Positions 1-13,947 of a stretch of 64,000 nt of DNA are shown here, in pieces. The notes under the pieces are model-generated. The model had not been told where the DNA came from. It saw nothing but the letters and a program-made list of their open reading frames with translations, and searched no databases. Origin of the DNA: the human T2T-CHM13v2.0 reference genome, Homo sapiens; the NCBI RefSeq assembly GCF_009914755.1, contig NC_060948.1; one strand, given 5' to 3'. Within the stretch, counting starts at the first letter, position 1; each line of letters starts with the position of its first letter. The translations under genes and the position numbers were made by a program.

Positions 1-57
1 AGTTTGATGATGTTGAAATACTAGTCTATCAAGATTAAGAAAATAATATTCTTTAAT

Positions 58-60
<3 letters not shown>

Positions 61-127
<67 letters not shown>
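61..127. repeat. (TA)n(CA)n compound dinucleotide microsatellite
   Basis: Directly visible ATAT run followed by ACAC run. Confidence 0.97.
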
Positions 128-737
128 TTTTAATGAGGTCCTCAGGGTATTAACCACCCAAATAAAGGTGATTTCCATCAAGGGCTAGATATCTCTCTGA
201 CTGCATGGCATGTAATAAATCAAATATCATGGATAGGAAAAAATGGAATTTAGGAATTTTTACAGCCTGGGAAAGGGAACTTAGCTGCAATTTGAAGGGG
301 AACATAAAGTGTGTGGTGAATGCTGCTCTGTGTTTTTACTGTGGGAATTCATAAAAGGAATCAGGCTTAAAATATTACCTCCCTGAGGCTATAACCTCCA
401 ACTCAGATGTTAAGGAAAAGATCATTTTCTCTCCTCCCATGTGTCCAGAAGTGGTGCCGACACACATGTCAAGCTTGTAGGTGGCCATAAGTTGTGAATC
501 AAATAGTTTCTTCCTGATGTTTCCCTTTGGTGTGGTCACATGAACATGATATCTTGGAAAACAAGTACCATAAATAAGCCATGTTTGGGTTAGGGCCAGG
601 GTAGGATTTTGTGCTTAAATTTTGCCTTCACCATTTTGTTCATATACTTCAAATATTTCACTATTTTGTTCATATCCTTCCAAAAAGATTTGAAGTAAAT
701 TATTACAAATTACAAATTAGAAATGGACATATACATA

Positions 738-1972
738 ATTTTAAATTCTGGGGTACATGTGCAGAACGTGCAGTTTTGTTACATAGATATACATGTGCCA
801 TGGTGGCTAGCTGCACCTGTCAACGCATCACCTACCTTGGGTATTTTTCCTAATGTTGTCCCTCCCCTAGCTCCCCTCCTCCTGACAGGCCCTAGTGTGG
901 GATGTTCCCCTCCCTGTGTCCATGTGTTCTCATTGTTCAACTCTCACTTATGAGTGAGAACATGCAGTGTTTGGTTTTCTGTTCTTACGTTAGTTTGCTG
1001 AGAATGATTGTTTCCAGCTTCATCCATTTCCCTGAAAAGGACATGAACTTATCCTTTTTTATGGCTGCATAGTATTTCATGGTGTATATGTGCCACATTT
1101 TCTTTATCCAGTCTATCATTTATGAACATTTGGGTTGGTTCCAAGTCTTTGCTATTGTGAATAGTGCCACAATAAACCCACGTGTGCATGTGTCTTTATA
1201 GTGGAATGATTTATAATCCTTCGGGTATATACCCAGTAATGGGATTCCTGGGTCAAATGGTATTTCTAGTTCTACATCCTTGAGGAAACACTACACTGTC
1301 TTCCACAAAGGTTGAACTAATTTACACTCCCACAAACAGTGTAAAAGTGTTCCTGTTTCTCTGCATCCTCTCCAGCATCTGTTGTTTCCTGACTTTTTAA
1401 TGATCGCCATTCTAACTGGTGTAGATGGTCTCATTGTGGTTTTGATTTGCATCTCTTATGACCAGTGTTGAGCATTTTTTCATATGTCTTTTGCCTGCAT
1501 AAATGTCTTCTTTGGAGAAGTGTCTGTTCATATCCTTTGGCTACTTTTTGATGGGGTTGTTTTTTTCTGGTAAATTTGTTTAAGTTCTTTGTGGATTCTG
1601 GATATTAGCCCTTTGTCAGATGGATAGACTACTAAAATTTTCTCCTGTTCTGTAGGTTGCCTGTTCCTTTCGCTGTGCAGAAGCTCTTTAGTTTAATTAG
1701 ATCTTATTTTTCAATTTTAGCTTGGTTGCCATTGCTTTTTCTGTTTTAGACATGAAATCTTTGCTCATGCCTACATCCTGAGTGGTATTGCACAGGGTTT
1801 CTTCCAGGATTTTTATGGTTTCAGGTCATATATTTAAGTCTTTGATCCATCTTGAGTTGATTTTTGTATGAGGTGTAAAGAAGGGGTCCAGTTTCAGTTT
1901 TCTGCATATGGCTGGCCAGTTTTCCCGACATTTAATTAAGAACGGAATCTTTTCTCCACTGCCTGTTTGTTT
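738..1972 (-). mobile_element. 5'-truncated L1PA (L1PA7/8-like) 3' end, ~1.2 kb
   Basis: Reverse complement of L1 3'UTR (ggggtacatgtgcagaacgtgcag...) continuing into the ORF2 C-terminal region. Confidence 0.93.
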
Positions 1973-2109
1973 CTTGACTGATATCATTAAATGCGAATGG
2001 AAGAATGAAATATGGTCTAAATTGTTAAATACGGTCTAACTAAAATATGTACTATGTTAAATACGGTCTAACTAAAATATGTACTATGTACATATGTACT
2101 ATGATGTAC

Positions 2110-3060
2110 TATGATGGTTGACTGTATATGTCAACTTGACTAGATCAAGGGATGCCCAACTAGCTGGGGAAACATAATTTCTGGGTGATTCTGAGAGGAT
2201 GTTTCTGAAAGAGATTAACATTTCAATCAGTAGACTAAGTGACGATCTGCCCTCTCCACTTGGGAAGGTAGGTATTGTCCAATCAACCAAAAGCCCAAAT
2301 AGAATAAAAAGGTGGAGAAAGGGAAAATTTACTCCTAGCTTGAGCTGAGACATCCATCTTCTCCTGCTCTTTGACGTAAAGCCCCTCTGTTTTCAGGTCT
2401 TCAGACTTGAACTAGAACTACACCACCTGCTTTCCTGGGTCCTGGCTTACAGACAGCAGACTGTGGGACATTTCAGTCTCTCAAATCCATGAGTGAATCT
2501 CCCATAATGAATATCTTTCCTTTTAAAATCATTTACTTACATGAATTTAAGGGGTACAAGTGCAATTTGTTACAGGCATAGATCTCACAGTGATCAAGTC
2601 AGGGCTTTTAGGATATTCATCACCCACATAATGTAGATTCTACCCACTAAGTAATTTCTCATCTTCTACTGTTTTTGTACCATCCCACCCTTCCAAATCT
2701 ACAGTATCTATTATAGTACTCTCTACATCCATGTGTACAGATATTTTAACACCTACTTGTGAGAACATGTAGTATTTATGTTTCTGTGTCTGACTCATTT
2801 TACTTAACAGCCCCCAGTTCCATCCATGTTGCTGCAAAATACATGGTTTCATCATTTTTTTATGGCTGAATAGGATTCCATTGTGTATACATACCACATT
2901 TTCCTTATTCCATCCTCTATTGATGGTAACTGAGGTGGATTCCATTTCTTTGCTATTGTGAATGGTACTGCGATTAGCTGTTAAGTTCAGGTATTGTATG
3001 ATATATTTATCTGTATATATTCTGTTGGTTCTATTGCCCTAGAGATCCCTGACCAATACA
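2110..3060 (+). mobile_element. MLT2-family (ERVL) solo LTR, split by an L1MA insertion
   Basis: Starts tatgatggttgactgtatatgtcaacttgac, ends ...tagagatccctgaccaataca; these are typical MLT2 termini. Confidence 0.8.
2521..3010 (-). mobile_element. L1MA-type 3' fragment nested in MLT2
   Basis: ggggtacaagtgcaatttgttac... and gagaacatgtagtatttatgtttctgtgtctgac are L1MA 3'UTR motifs. Confidence 0.8.
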
Positions 3061-3141
3061 TGTATCTAAGTCATTTGGGGATACTCCTTTTTTTAAAAGA
3101 AAAAGTTGCATTTTTATCAAAACAAAGTTTACAAACCCATC

Positions 3142-3622
3142 CATAGCAAAGACTTGGAACCATCCTAAATGTCCAACAACAATAGACTGGATTAAGAAAA
3201 TATGGCACATATACACCATGGAATACTATGCAGCTATAAAAAATGATGAGTTCATGTCCTTTGTAGGGACATGGATGAAGCTGGAAACCATCATTCCCAG
3301 CAAACTGTCGCAAGGACAAAAAACCAAACACTGCATGTTCTCACTCATAGGTGGGAATTGAACAATGAGAACACATGGACACAGGAGGGGGAACATCACA
3401 CACCGGGGACTGTTGTGGGGTGGGGGGAGGGGGGAAGGATAGCATTAGGAGATATACCTAATGCTAAATGACGAGTTAATGGGTGCAGCATACCAGCATG
3501 TCACATGTATACATATGTAACAAACCTGCACATCATGCACATGTACCCTAAAACTTAAAGTATAATAATAATAAAATTTAAAAAAAATTAAAAAATAAAA
3601 ATAAAATAAAACAATAAAAAAA
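3142..3622 (+). mobile_element. 5'-truncated L1PA (L1PA4-like) 3' end with poly(A)
   Basis: atagcaaagacttggaacc...aaacttaaagtataataata plus A-rich tail. Confidence 0.95.
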
Positions 3623-4495
3623 CATGAACAATGATCACAGTTGGAAACCTTTTAGTAGACTTTTCCTGGGATGATATAGCAGGCATATGGTCTACCTCAA
3701 GACAGTTGACCACAGTGGGAGCCGTGTCCATTGAAAAATTGTCTTTGCAAAATGATGCTTATGTTTGCACACTGAAGTGCACTCTGGCTTCTACTCTCTG
3801 TTTCTCAGGTACCCTCAGCTGCACCTCGGTCTGCAGCTCTCTGCTGTTTCTGAGTCATACAAGGCTTCTGGGCCAGTTTGGTGCCCACAGTGGGTCTAGG
3901 AGGCTGCTGTGTACCAAAGACCAAGTGGGAGGGAGTCTCAGCTTTAGGGCTCACTGGTCCTTTATTGCAGGAACTGCACTGAAGAATTCTGAAGTGTTAA
4001 GGGCTGATGCTCCTTGAGGATAATTTTGAAAATATGTAAGCTTCTGACAATAATAACATATTCTCTGCTTTTCCCTTTGCAAGAGTCTTTGGTAGCCAGG
4101 GTTCCATGAAGTCTCTGTTAAGAGACTGAGGTCTCAGCTTGTCCTGAAGATTTGGCCAGTCAGGTAATTTGCACACTGAGATTCACCTTTCTCTCCCCAT
4201 TGTACTTCATTTGCCCCTCATTTTTCTTCCGTGGAATTTTATTTGCTGAAAATGTGTTCATGAACAAGTTTTATTGTTTCAAATTTTGTTTCTTATAAGC
4301 CTGGGCAAATACAAAGTTCTTTTGTAATTTATTAATAAAAATGTAAAATGTTAATAATAAACCTATAAAACATAAGTAAATTGGAGAAGAATGATTATAT
4401 ATACACATATGCACACCTACATAACTTTATATTTATATATATGGAATGCACACAAACCTCTTGTCCAACAAAACAGACTAAAATAGAAGAATCTA

Positions 4496-4820
4496 GGTTG
4501 GACACAGTAGCTCATGCATGTAATCACAACAATTTGAGAGGCTGAAGCAGGAGGATCACTTGAGCTCAGTTCCAGACCACTGTGGGCAACAAAAGAAGAA
4601 CCTATTTCTACAAATAATTTTAGAACATAGCCAAACATGGTGTGCACACCGGTGGTTCCAGCTACTACACAGGAGGCTGAGGCAGGAGGATCACCTGAAC
4701 TGAGGAGGTTGAGGCTGCAGTGAGTTGTGATCACATAACTGCTCCCCAGCCTCAGCAACAAAGAGAAACCCTGTTCCAAAATAAATAAATAAATAAACAA
4801 ACAAACAAATAAATAAATAA
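4496..4820 (+). mobile_element. AluJ-like
   Basis: Dimeric Alu with AAAT/AAAC tail; aagaatc on both flanks. Confidence 0.92.
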
Positions 4821-5281
4821 CACAAGAATCCTTATGTCCAGATTGGTCAAGAGAAGATACAGTCAATTAAGTAAACTTTCACATGAAAATTTAGGTTCTT
4901 CCAGAAGTCAAAGACCAAGCTTTATTTTTTTTTCTTTGCACATGGATTAATCTGTGATCCTGAGTGGGAAAGATTAAGGGTTCCAACATCAAATGTTTTT
5001 ATTTGTCCTCTGAAACTTCCTCTTTACTTAGAAAGGAAGAGGACAAAACGTCATAACCATTTGATGAGAAACAAAAGACAATCACTAATTATTCTTTATC
5101 TACTTTCTGTTAAGTCAGCTATTTTCCTAGCCTTGTGAAGGATAATTTTTATTTATGAATAACATTCCCATGGCTTTGTATCAAAAGCCCCTACATTATG
5201 CAAACGCTTGTGTTTCTTGGCTTCATATTATGTAAACTATTAGAAAACTATTGGAAAGAGATGGCCATTTCTTCTTCTTCT

Positions 5282-5496
5282 GGTTCATGCCATTCTCCTG
5301 CCTCGGTCTCCCAAGTAGTTGGGTCTACAGGTGCCCACCACTACGCCTGGCTATTTTTTTTTTTTTTTTGTATTTTATTAGAGATGGGGATTGACCATGT
5401 TAGCCAGGTGATGGTCTCGATCTACTGACCTCGTCACCTTCCCACTTTGGCCTCCCAAAGTGCTGGGATTACAGGCCTGAGCCACCACGCCCAGCC
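5282..5496 (-). mobile_element. AluY/Sc-like, 3'-truncated (no tail)
   Basis: Alu left arm plus partial right arm; flanked by ggccatttct/ggccacttct. Confidence 0.9.
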
Positions 5497-5659
5497 GGCC
5501 ACTTCTAAAACTAGTTGGGGCATATCATTTAAGGCTATTGGTTTACTGGGGTTTTAAGACATAAAACTCAAGAAAAATGTAAAGATTCTAAATCTGGTAT
5601 ATTAAGACACAACTAGTTTTATATTAAAGTTATTATCGGTAATTAAATTTAAATGGTTT

Positions 5660-6610
5660 CAATTAAAATGGAACTATACTTATTAGAATGACTATAATCA
5701 ATAAAAGAGAAAATGAGTGTTGACAAGTATGTGTAGAAATTGGAATACTCATATGTTTATGAAATGGTTCAATGGCTACAGAAGACAGCATAGAAGTTCC
5801 TCAAAAAGTGGAATATTACATGACCATATGATCAACTCAGGTAATCCTGAGCCATCTACAAGTAGCATAAAAAAAGAAAAGCAAACACAAGAAAGTCTCA
5901 GTGAATAATAAAGTTGCTGCTTTTAAGTTGGCAAGATCTTCCTAAGAGAAGTTAGTAGAATATTATTTGGGGACAAAATCACAGATAGAAATAAATGTTT
6001 CCCAGTTCTTAGTTCCTACTCCCAGGGAGACATGGGATTGGCTGTCAGCCATGATGAAAGAGAATCCTAGATTTTACTTTTAGAGCTGGAATTTAAATGA
6101 ATAGCCAGTGATGGCCCAATAAGTGATTAAACAATACTACTCATATGTATACACCCAGAATAACTAAAACAAGGACTCAAAGATCTCCCTGGACATATAT
6201 GCTCAAGGCATCTTTGTTCATAATAGTCAAGAGATGCAATCAACCCAAAGTCCATCAACAGATGAGTGGATAAGCAAAATGTTGCATATGCATAAAATAA
6301 AATAGTATGCAGCCCTAAATAGGCATGAAGTAATTGACACATGTTGAATGTGGACAAACCTCAAATACATCATGCCAAGTGAAAGAAACCAGACACAAAA
6401 GGCCTCATAATGTATAATTCTGTCTGTAGAAAGTATTCAAAATTAGTCAATACATAGAGATAAAAAGTAGATTATAATTGTCAGGGATGGGGAGGAGGAG
6501 AAAGGTCTGGGAATTGAATGCTAATGGCTATGAAATTCATTCTGGAATGCTGAAAATGCTGTGGCACTAGAGAGAGGTGATTGTTGCACAACACTGGGAA
6601 TGTATTAAAA
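5660..6610 (+). mobile_element. L1MB/L1M 3' fragment, interrupted at ~5834-6123 by non-L1 sequence
   Basis: L1M motifs (catatgatc...aacaatactactc, gtccatcaacagatgagtggataagc, gtgaaagaaaccagacacaaaagg) resume in register after the insert. Confidence 0.8.
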
Positions 6611-8419
6611 GATAGTTCTAAAATTTTGCAAATAATGAAAAACTCCTTTCATTATTTTCTACTCTGTTTCCCTTTTCCCAGTAGGGCTATGTAAGTAAAG
6701 AATGCACAAGACAGACATGTAAACTCAGAAAATATTAAAACATCTATAAGCAGCACAAAAATAAATGGAAAAGCAAATACAAGAAAGTGTTGGTGAATAA
6801 TAAAGTTGCTGCTTTTCAGTTAACAGGATTTCCCTGATAGAGTTCAGTAAAATATTATCTGGGGATAAAATTGCATACGGCTCACAAAGAAATGTTTCCT
6901 AGTTCTCCCAGGAAGGTGTGGGTGTGGTTATCAGATATGATGAAAGAGAATCCCAGATTGCACCTTCAGAGCTGAAACATAAATAGCCGGTGATGGCCAT
7001 ACAAAGAAGAAGCCAATACCTCCAGAGAAACATGCACTCAGATAGACCAATACAATTCACCCCACCATTCTCATTTTGCTGTTTGCAGAGTGTCTTTACA
7101 TGGAAGTCTTGTGTAAAAAGCTATTGATGTTGCCACCATGGCATGGCAGCCCACCTGCCCATTTTGTCTTATGCATTACCACCGTGAGGATTCTGAAATG
7201 AATTCCAATCAAATTCATGTTGGGAAATCACTCAGGTCTGGGGACTTTTCCCATGCTTGACATTAACCCAATAACACCATAACCTGTCACTGCAATGAAT
7301 CATTGGCAAATTACCTGACATGTGCTATTGGTTTCTTCCAAACTTGTTTTATAAATAGCAGATGGAAATGATTAGGGAGTTCACACTGGCTATGTTGTCT
7401 CTGTGCAGTCGACTACGTCTAAACTCTTTACATAGAGGGTTGTGCTCTGAGAAACTGGTAACCCGACGTGATCCCAGAGGGGAAAATGAAGGTACAGCAG
7501 CCCTAAAATTACAGATACAGTTCAAAGAAAGAGATTTATTTTCCTTTAGAAAATGGTTGCTTTCAGAGCCTGCTCCCATTTGCAATCTAACCCAATTCAT
7601 CAGAAAAATAGTTTGCTGAATATGTTTCTGACTATTTCAATGTGGATTTCTTCTATCGTTAAGGACATATAAGTTTGTTTTATATTAATATATTAAGTTT
7701 TTCAAAAAGCATGAAAAAGATGAACAGGTTGAAACATACAAAATATCTTTGCTCTTACAGAAATATTACCTAGGAATTGGAAAAAAAAGTATTTTCTTTT
7801 ATCCATTGTATTTTCTGTTCTCACAAGTGCCGCATACGTAGAATGTGGTGGTGATGGTGGTGGTTTGGTTTTCATCTCTAGACAGACTTCACAATGTCCT
7901 GTTAAGCTCCCAGAGGCTATGGTTACCTGATTGGAAATGAAAATGAAAGATGAGAGTAAAATTTCCCTCTAATCCAGTTTTGTAAACAACCTAATTGAGG
8001 AAACGATGATAACAGGTGAAGTTTGTTTTTCTGGTTCTGAGTTTCTCTCTACGTGAAGGTTCGAAGCTAATGTTCTTAACATAATAAATTGAGCAAAATT
8101 GGGAAAAACTTTGCCATAGTGTGGCATGGGTTGATGCTTTAATTAGCTGATAACTTGATTCAAATATGTAAGCATGTTAAAAGTCTGTTTTCCACATAAT
8201 AACTGAACTTTTCATATAACCTGGATGAAATGAGATATACTATGTCAATAAAAACATCAGCAGCTTACTTACTTATGAAACAGTATTCAGAGTCAGCTGC
8301 AGCAGCAATTCCTTTCTTTAAGATTAATTTTCTTCTGCTCTCTTTCCAATCTCCTTTCTTGGTGACTTATGTCTTCCACTGTGTTTCTGAAAAGATTTTT
8401 ATGTATGTATGTATTTATT

Positions 8420-9175
<756 letters not shown>

Positions 9176-10469
9176 CTTGAAAAGGTTTTTAATGATGAAA
9201 ATGGACCCAGTACACTTCTGGAAATTCAGAGCTTTGTAAATTACTTCATTCATCCCACCTGTCTTATAAAACCTTCAAAGTTGCTAAAAGAAAACAAAAG
9301 AGAAGGCTTTACTGCTTCTGTTTTAGAATCAGGAATGGAAAAGAAAGTTTGTAAGTATCCCAGAGCACTGGAACTCAGAGTGGCAGCATGATAATAGCCC
9401 AAAACTTTTGTAGAGATCTAATAAATTTGATCAATGTTATTGGTCTATTGCATATATTCTTGCCATTGGAAAAGCAAAAGCCTGCAGTCAGATCCTTACA
9501 ATGTATTATTGGATAACTTGAAGCCAATATTCATGATTACCTACCTCATGTAGCTGGCTGGGTGGAGAACATTTTAATTTTTCTGCCACATTCAGCTGTC
9601 AGGGGCAGTTTGAGAGCCAGCAGGGAGTTCACTGTGAGCTCTGCAAGGTTTTTCCAGGTTAGTGACAAGGAGAGGGAGCCAAGTGAGACAGAGATTGAAA
9701 TAAATGACTATGGAGCTTACACCGGGGATTTGCAAAGTGAGAAAATGAGGCAAGTGTGGGAATTATGAAAAGATTGAGAAGGTAGTGCAGTGACCCAGGT
9801 TGGAATATACCATTCAAATGGTGGATTCTTGTTGCTAGAAGGAAGATGAGCTAGAAAGAGAAACAGGTGATGGCCAGAGAACTGGTGGTAAAATGGAAAT
9901 GATGAACAAGTGAAAATGACTTAAGGACAATTTTTAAAAATAAGTTGCAGAATCTTCTTTCTGTTCCTTTGAGAATGGGAAGCCACTTTCTGAGGAAGAG
10001 CCACTGTGGACTTCACTGACTTGTTTCCATCTGGTGTCTTCTTATACTAGAAAAATTTCCTAACTATCTGCCACCTTTGGACAGCTGTCTAGGTTGAAGC
10101 AGTGATGCATGTTTTTTTCCTATTTCAAATCTCTTTGGTGGTTTGGGGGGTAGACTGAAGAACATGCCTTCTAGAGGCTGTTTCGCAAAAGTAACAACCA
10201 TCATTTCTGCAATAACTCCAGATGGACATGATGCTTCAAGCATGCCAGAAATGTTTGAGGACTCTCAGATAAATCATACTTACTTTCTACAAAAACATAC
10301 AGAATTGGCCTTTAAGGTGATCTTTTTATTCAGCTGGGAATTAGCTGCCTGTTCATTGAGATAAATGGAGAAACAACAGAACACTTCTTTCTTCTTCACT
10401 ACATGCATTTGTTCTCTTGGAGTGGTAGTCGGTAATCAAGTCTGAAATCCAAAAGGCAGAAAGCAGAAA

Positions 10470-10477
<8 letters not shown>

Positions 10478-10520
<43 letters not shown>
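10478..10520. repeat. (TA)n microsatellite
   Basis: Direct observation. Confidence 0.97.
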
Positions 10521-10522
<2 letters not shown>

Positions 10523-10619
10523 GAAATTATAATTCTGTACTTAAAATATTACATCTATATATTTTACATAACTATTTTTACATATTACAAAATAATTACA
10601 TAATTACTTTTATGAATTA

Positions 10620-10950
10620 AAAATATTACCTCTATTTTTTATAGGGTATCCTGTGGCATTTAAACATATGTATACAAGGTGGAAGGATAAATCAAACTAA
10701 TTACTGTATGTATCACCTTACACCCTTCTCATTTTTGCAGTGAGATTATTTAAAATGTACTCTCTTAGCAACTTTGAAGCATAAAATACATTATTATTAA
10801 TTATCACTACTATGCCATGCAATAAGTTTTAAAAACTCATGATAGTAAATACATGTAGCCTAAAATTTAGCATTTTAAACATGTTAGAGTATGCAATCCA
10901 ATGACATTAAATACATTTTCAATATTATGGAGCCCTCAACACTGTGTAGA
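10620..10950 (-). mobile_element. Old L1M 3'UTR fragments
   Basis: ttaaaatgtactctcttagcaactttgaa and aaaatttagcattttaaac motifs. Confidence 0.6.
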
Positions 10951-12519
10951 TCTAGAGAAATATTTTGAATTAATAGAAAACCTTAAAATAAAAATTTGTA
11001 AAGGTTTTAAAATAAAAATTATTAGAGTAGTAAAACAATTAAAATGAAATAATACAAAAGAAAAAGTTTAATAAAAATGTGTATTCAGTAGTCAGTAGTG
11101 ATCAGATATTACCTTCACTATCTTTTTATTATTGAGATATTTTACAATATCTCAGTGGCAGCAGTGACCAGTTTTGAAGCTGGCCTCTCCCAGCCCCTAA
11201 TTTAGGAGTAGAGACAAAGATTCACTGCTATGGGTCATCAGTGACCAGGGGTCATCTTGGGTGGTCAGTGGCCTCTCACTGTGAACAGAGTGTGATATGG
11301 AATGAGGTGGCCTGACTCCCAGCTTTATACCTGAGCTGACTGATCATGAGAGCAGTTTCAATTTTTCTTATTTGCAGCACCAAAAGCTGTAGTTGGATTT
11401 GTCTACCAATATAAATAAGAAATGTTGAAATGCATAACTTTTTAGGACCAAGATGTCTGCATGCTGAAGGATATATCATGCTCCCTTTGGATCTCAAGTT
11501 GCAATTTGTCAAAAATAGTCTTTCAGGAATAGAATGGTTGCTATGAAACCCACTGGAGGGATTTCTATGCAATTTTTGAAGCCATACATGCACAGATACA
11601 TGAAGAATCACCCATGGCAAAAGGCCAGGGACCTTACTGGTATGTGGAATTCTCAAATGTCTCCTGACCCACCAGGGGTTTTATGCAAACAAGATACAGA
11701 ATGAGCAATGAAAAAATTTATTTAGAAAAATAACGTTCCACTCAGAACACTAGCATACTTTCACAAAAAGAGCTTCCATTCTTCAGTTTTCATTAACAGA
11801 GACCCGTAGGTGTGTTTCTCATTCTTATATTAGACACTGTTCTGTGTGCCTCATTTTGTTTTGTATATAGTAAGAAGTCAAACATAACCTGGAATTAGCA
11901 AAAAAGTTAAAAATAAAATCATACAAATGCTTAAAATTTGAAGAGTGAAATTGTAAGAGTATTCATTTTAAGAGTTAAATGTTGATTCCATGAAATTTAA
12001 TATTATTTGAAATTTATCAGGGGTCTTCAACATAAATAATATATTTTATTGTGAACTGAAGGCTACTATGCAAATAGCAAAATCTGTCATCAAGAATATT
12101 GAGAAACTAATGTTTATTCTCCTAAAAACTCTGAGAACAGATTTATATAATATGCAGTCATTTTTTTTTTCAAATTTCAAATGTCCTCTTTTCAGAAGCA
12201 CTGTTTGTCAGAAATTTGAATCTGAATAGCTTCCAGATATCCATTTACATTTCCAAAAAATAACATATGTTCCAAATATGTAGATTTGGAATAAGGAACA
12301 TTTCTTATATGGCAAGTTTAAGGAATACTACCAAAAAATGCATTAGATGTTTTTAGGTTTTGATCGTAATGTTGTTCAAAAGGTCATATGAAGGACACTT
12401 TTACAGATAGAGCTATGAAAAATACTGTGCTAAAATTGGAGAAGAAATCAGAGTTTCAAGATACATGTTCCTTTAGAAAACTAGCAAAGAGAATCAACCC
12501 TTAGAAAAATTATCCTCTT

Positions 12520-12750
12520 CAACTCCTCATTAGTTAGAAGCCCCATAGGCACTGCATCCACATTTAAGAGTTGAATAGTATTTGCTGCGTATCTAAACCC
12601 TTAGGAAAACTCCCCCTCACAGACCTCATAAGGAATTAGCTCTTCTAAAATTTATATTGGACTTTCAGCCTTGAAATATATAACAGAATACATTCTTTTT
12701 GTTCAACTTACCCTGTCTGTGAGGTTTCATTACTGTAGCTATAGGGAACT
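12520..12750 (+). mobile_element. MLT1 (MaLR) LTR 3' fragment
   Basis: ggactttcagcc...gaatacattctt...tgtgaggtttcattactgtagctatagggaact resembles an MLT1 end. Confidence 0.5.
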
Positions 12751-12769
12751 CATGGACAGGTGATATTAA

Positions 12770-12980
12770 TCTAAATAAAATAACTTTTATTTAACCCAAT
12801 CCAAAATATTGTTATTTCAACATGTTATCAAAATAAAATATGAATGAGGTATTTAATGCACTTCTATCATATGAAGAGTTAAAAGTTTGTTGTGTATTTT
12901 GAACTTACAGCATATCATGGCTGAGACTGCACACATTTCAAGTGTGTGAAAGTCCCATGTAGCTAGGGGCTCTCATATTG
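12770..12980. mobile_element. MER3-like hAT-Charlie DNA transposon fossil
   Basis: ttttatttaacccaat..ccaaaatattgttatttcaacatg...cacatttcaagtg...catgtagctag. Confidence 0.75.
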
Positions 12981-13009
12981 TTGGGGGTTGGGGGGCGGCT
13001 AGCTCTAAT

Positions 13010-13791
13010 TGATATGGAGAGGAGGCAGGGAAATAATAGTTAGAAAAGGGTGGGTTACCTGGCAAGAGTTCCACCCTTAAGCCTGGATCCAGGGCCCTAA
13101 ATGAGAACTTCACATCCCTATTTTGCTTCCCAAATGTTGCCTTTTCCAAAACCACCTGGCCCACCCCATTCCCAACCCTGTACCCATAAAAACCCCAAGC
13201 TCCACTGGCATGGTAGCAGAGGGGAGTGACAGAGAAGAATAGAAGAAAAGAGGTAGCCAGACATCGGAGAGAAGCAGCTTGACCTCAGAGGGATAGCTTG
13301 ATGGCAGGGCTTCGGAGAAGAGTTTGGCTGGTGATGGCTGAATTCCAAGGGAAGATGATCTTCCCACTCCATCCCCCTTCCAGCTCCTTTGCCTGCTGAA
13401 AGCCACTTTCATCACTCAATAAAATCCTACATGTTCACCACCCTCCAGTTTTTTCATGCAACCTCATTCCTCCTGGAGACTAGACAAGAATCTGTGTGTG
13501 GGTGCAAGATGCTATCACACTGATTCTCCACTGAGCTATTTAACCCTTAAGCCATGCATGAATGGCAAAGCTAAAGTAGTGCACTGCAACACATGCCCTC
13601 TGTGGCTCCAGGGGTCACAGGCAACCTCTAGATGCTGCTATGGGGCCAGTATGGGATGTGTTTGCCCCAGCTCCTGCAACTACTCACCTGTGTACTCCCC
13701 CTCCTGCAAGGGGTTTGAGAGCTGTGGTTTGATTAAGCAAGCCATCTCTTCCTGAGTCCCACAAAAGGATCAATGGAACTGTTTTGTCTCC
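13010..13791 (+). mobile_element. ERV1 solo LTR (MER50-like)
   Basis: TG start tgatatggagaggaggcagggaaata; TATA-like ataaaa; AATAAA; 4-bp TSD taat (13006-13009 / 13792-13795). Confidence 0.8.
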
Positions 13792-13947
13792 TAATAAGGG
13801 TTTCTATTCAACAGTTTCTCCCACACAATAGGCAAGCCATAAATCATCCTTGTTAGAACACACAAAGGAAAAACACCTACCAGGCAGCCACAGGAATCAC
13901 ACGCAATGATCATGCAGGAAAACAAAAAATACATATTTTTACTTTTT

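Noticed and set aside
2023-2086. CRISPR-like 32-bp direct repeats
   Set aside because: Two adjacent copies with no spacer, in eukaryotic DNA; a simple tandem duplication
3631-4017. 128-aa ORF in apparently unique sequence
   Set aside because: No recognisable domain, promoter or exon structure; length compatible with chance
11133-11154. 9-bp inverted repeat tgagatatt/aatatctca
   Set aside because: Too short to be significant in 64 kb
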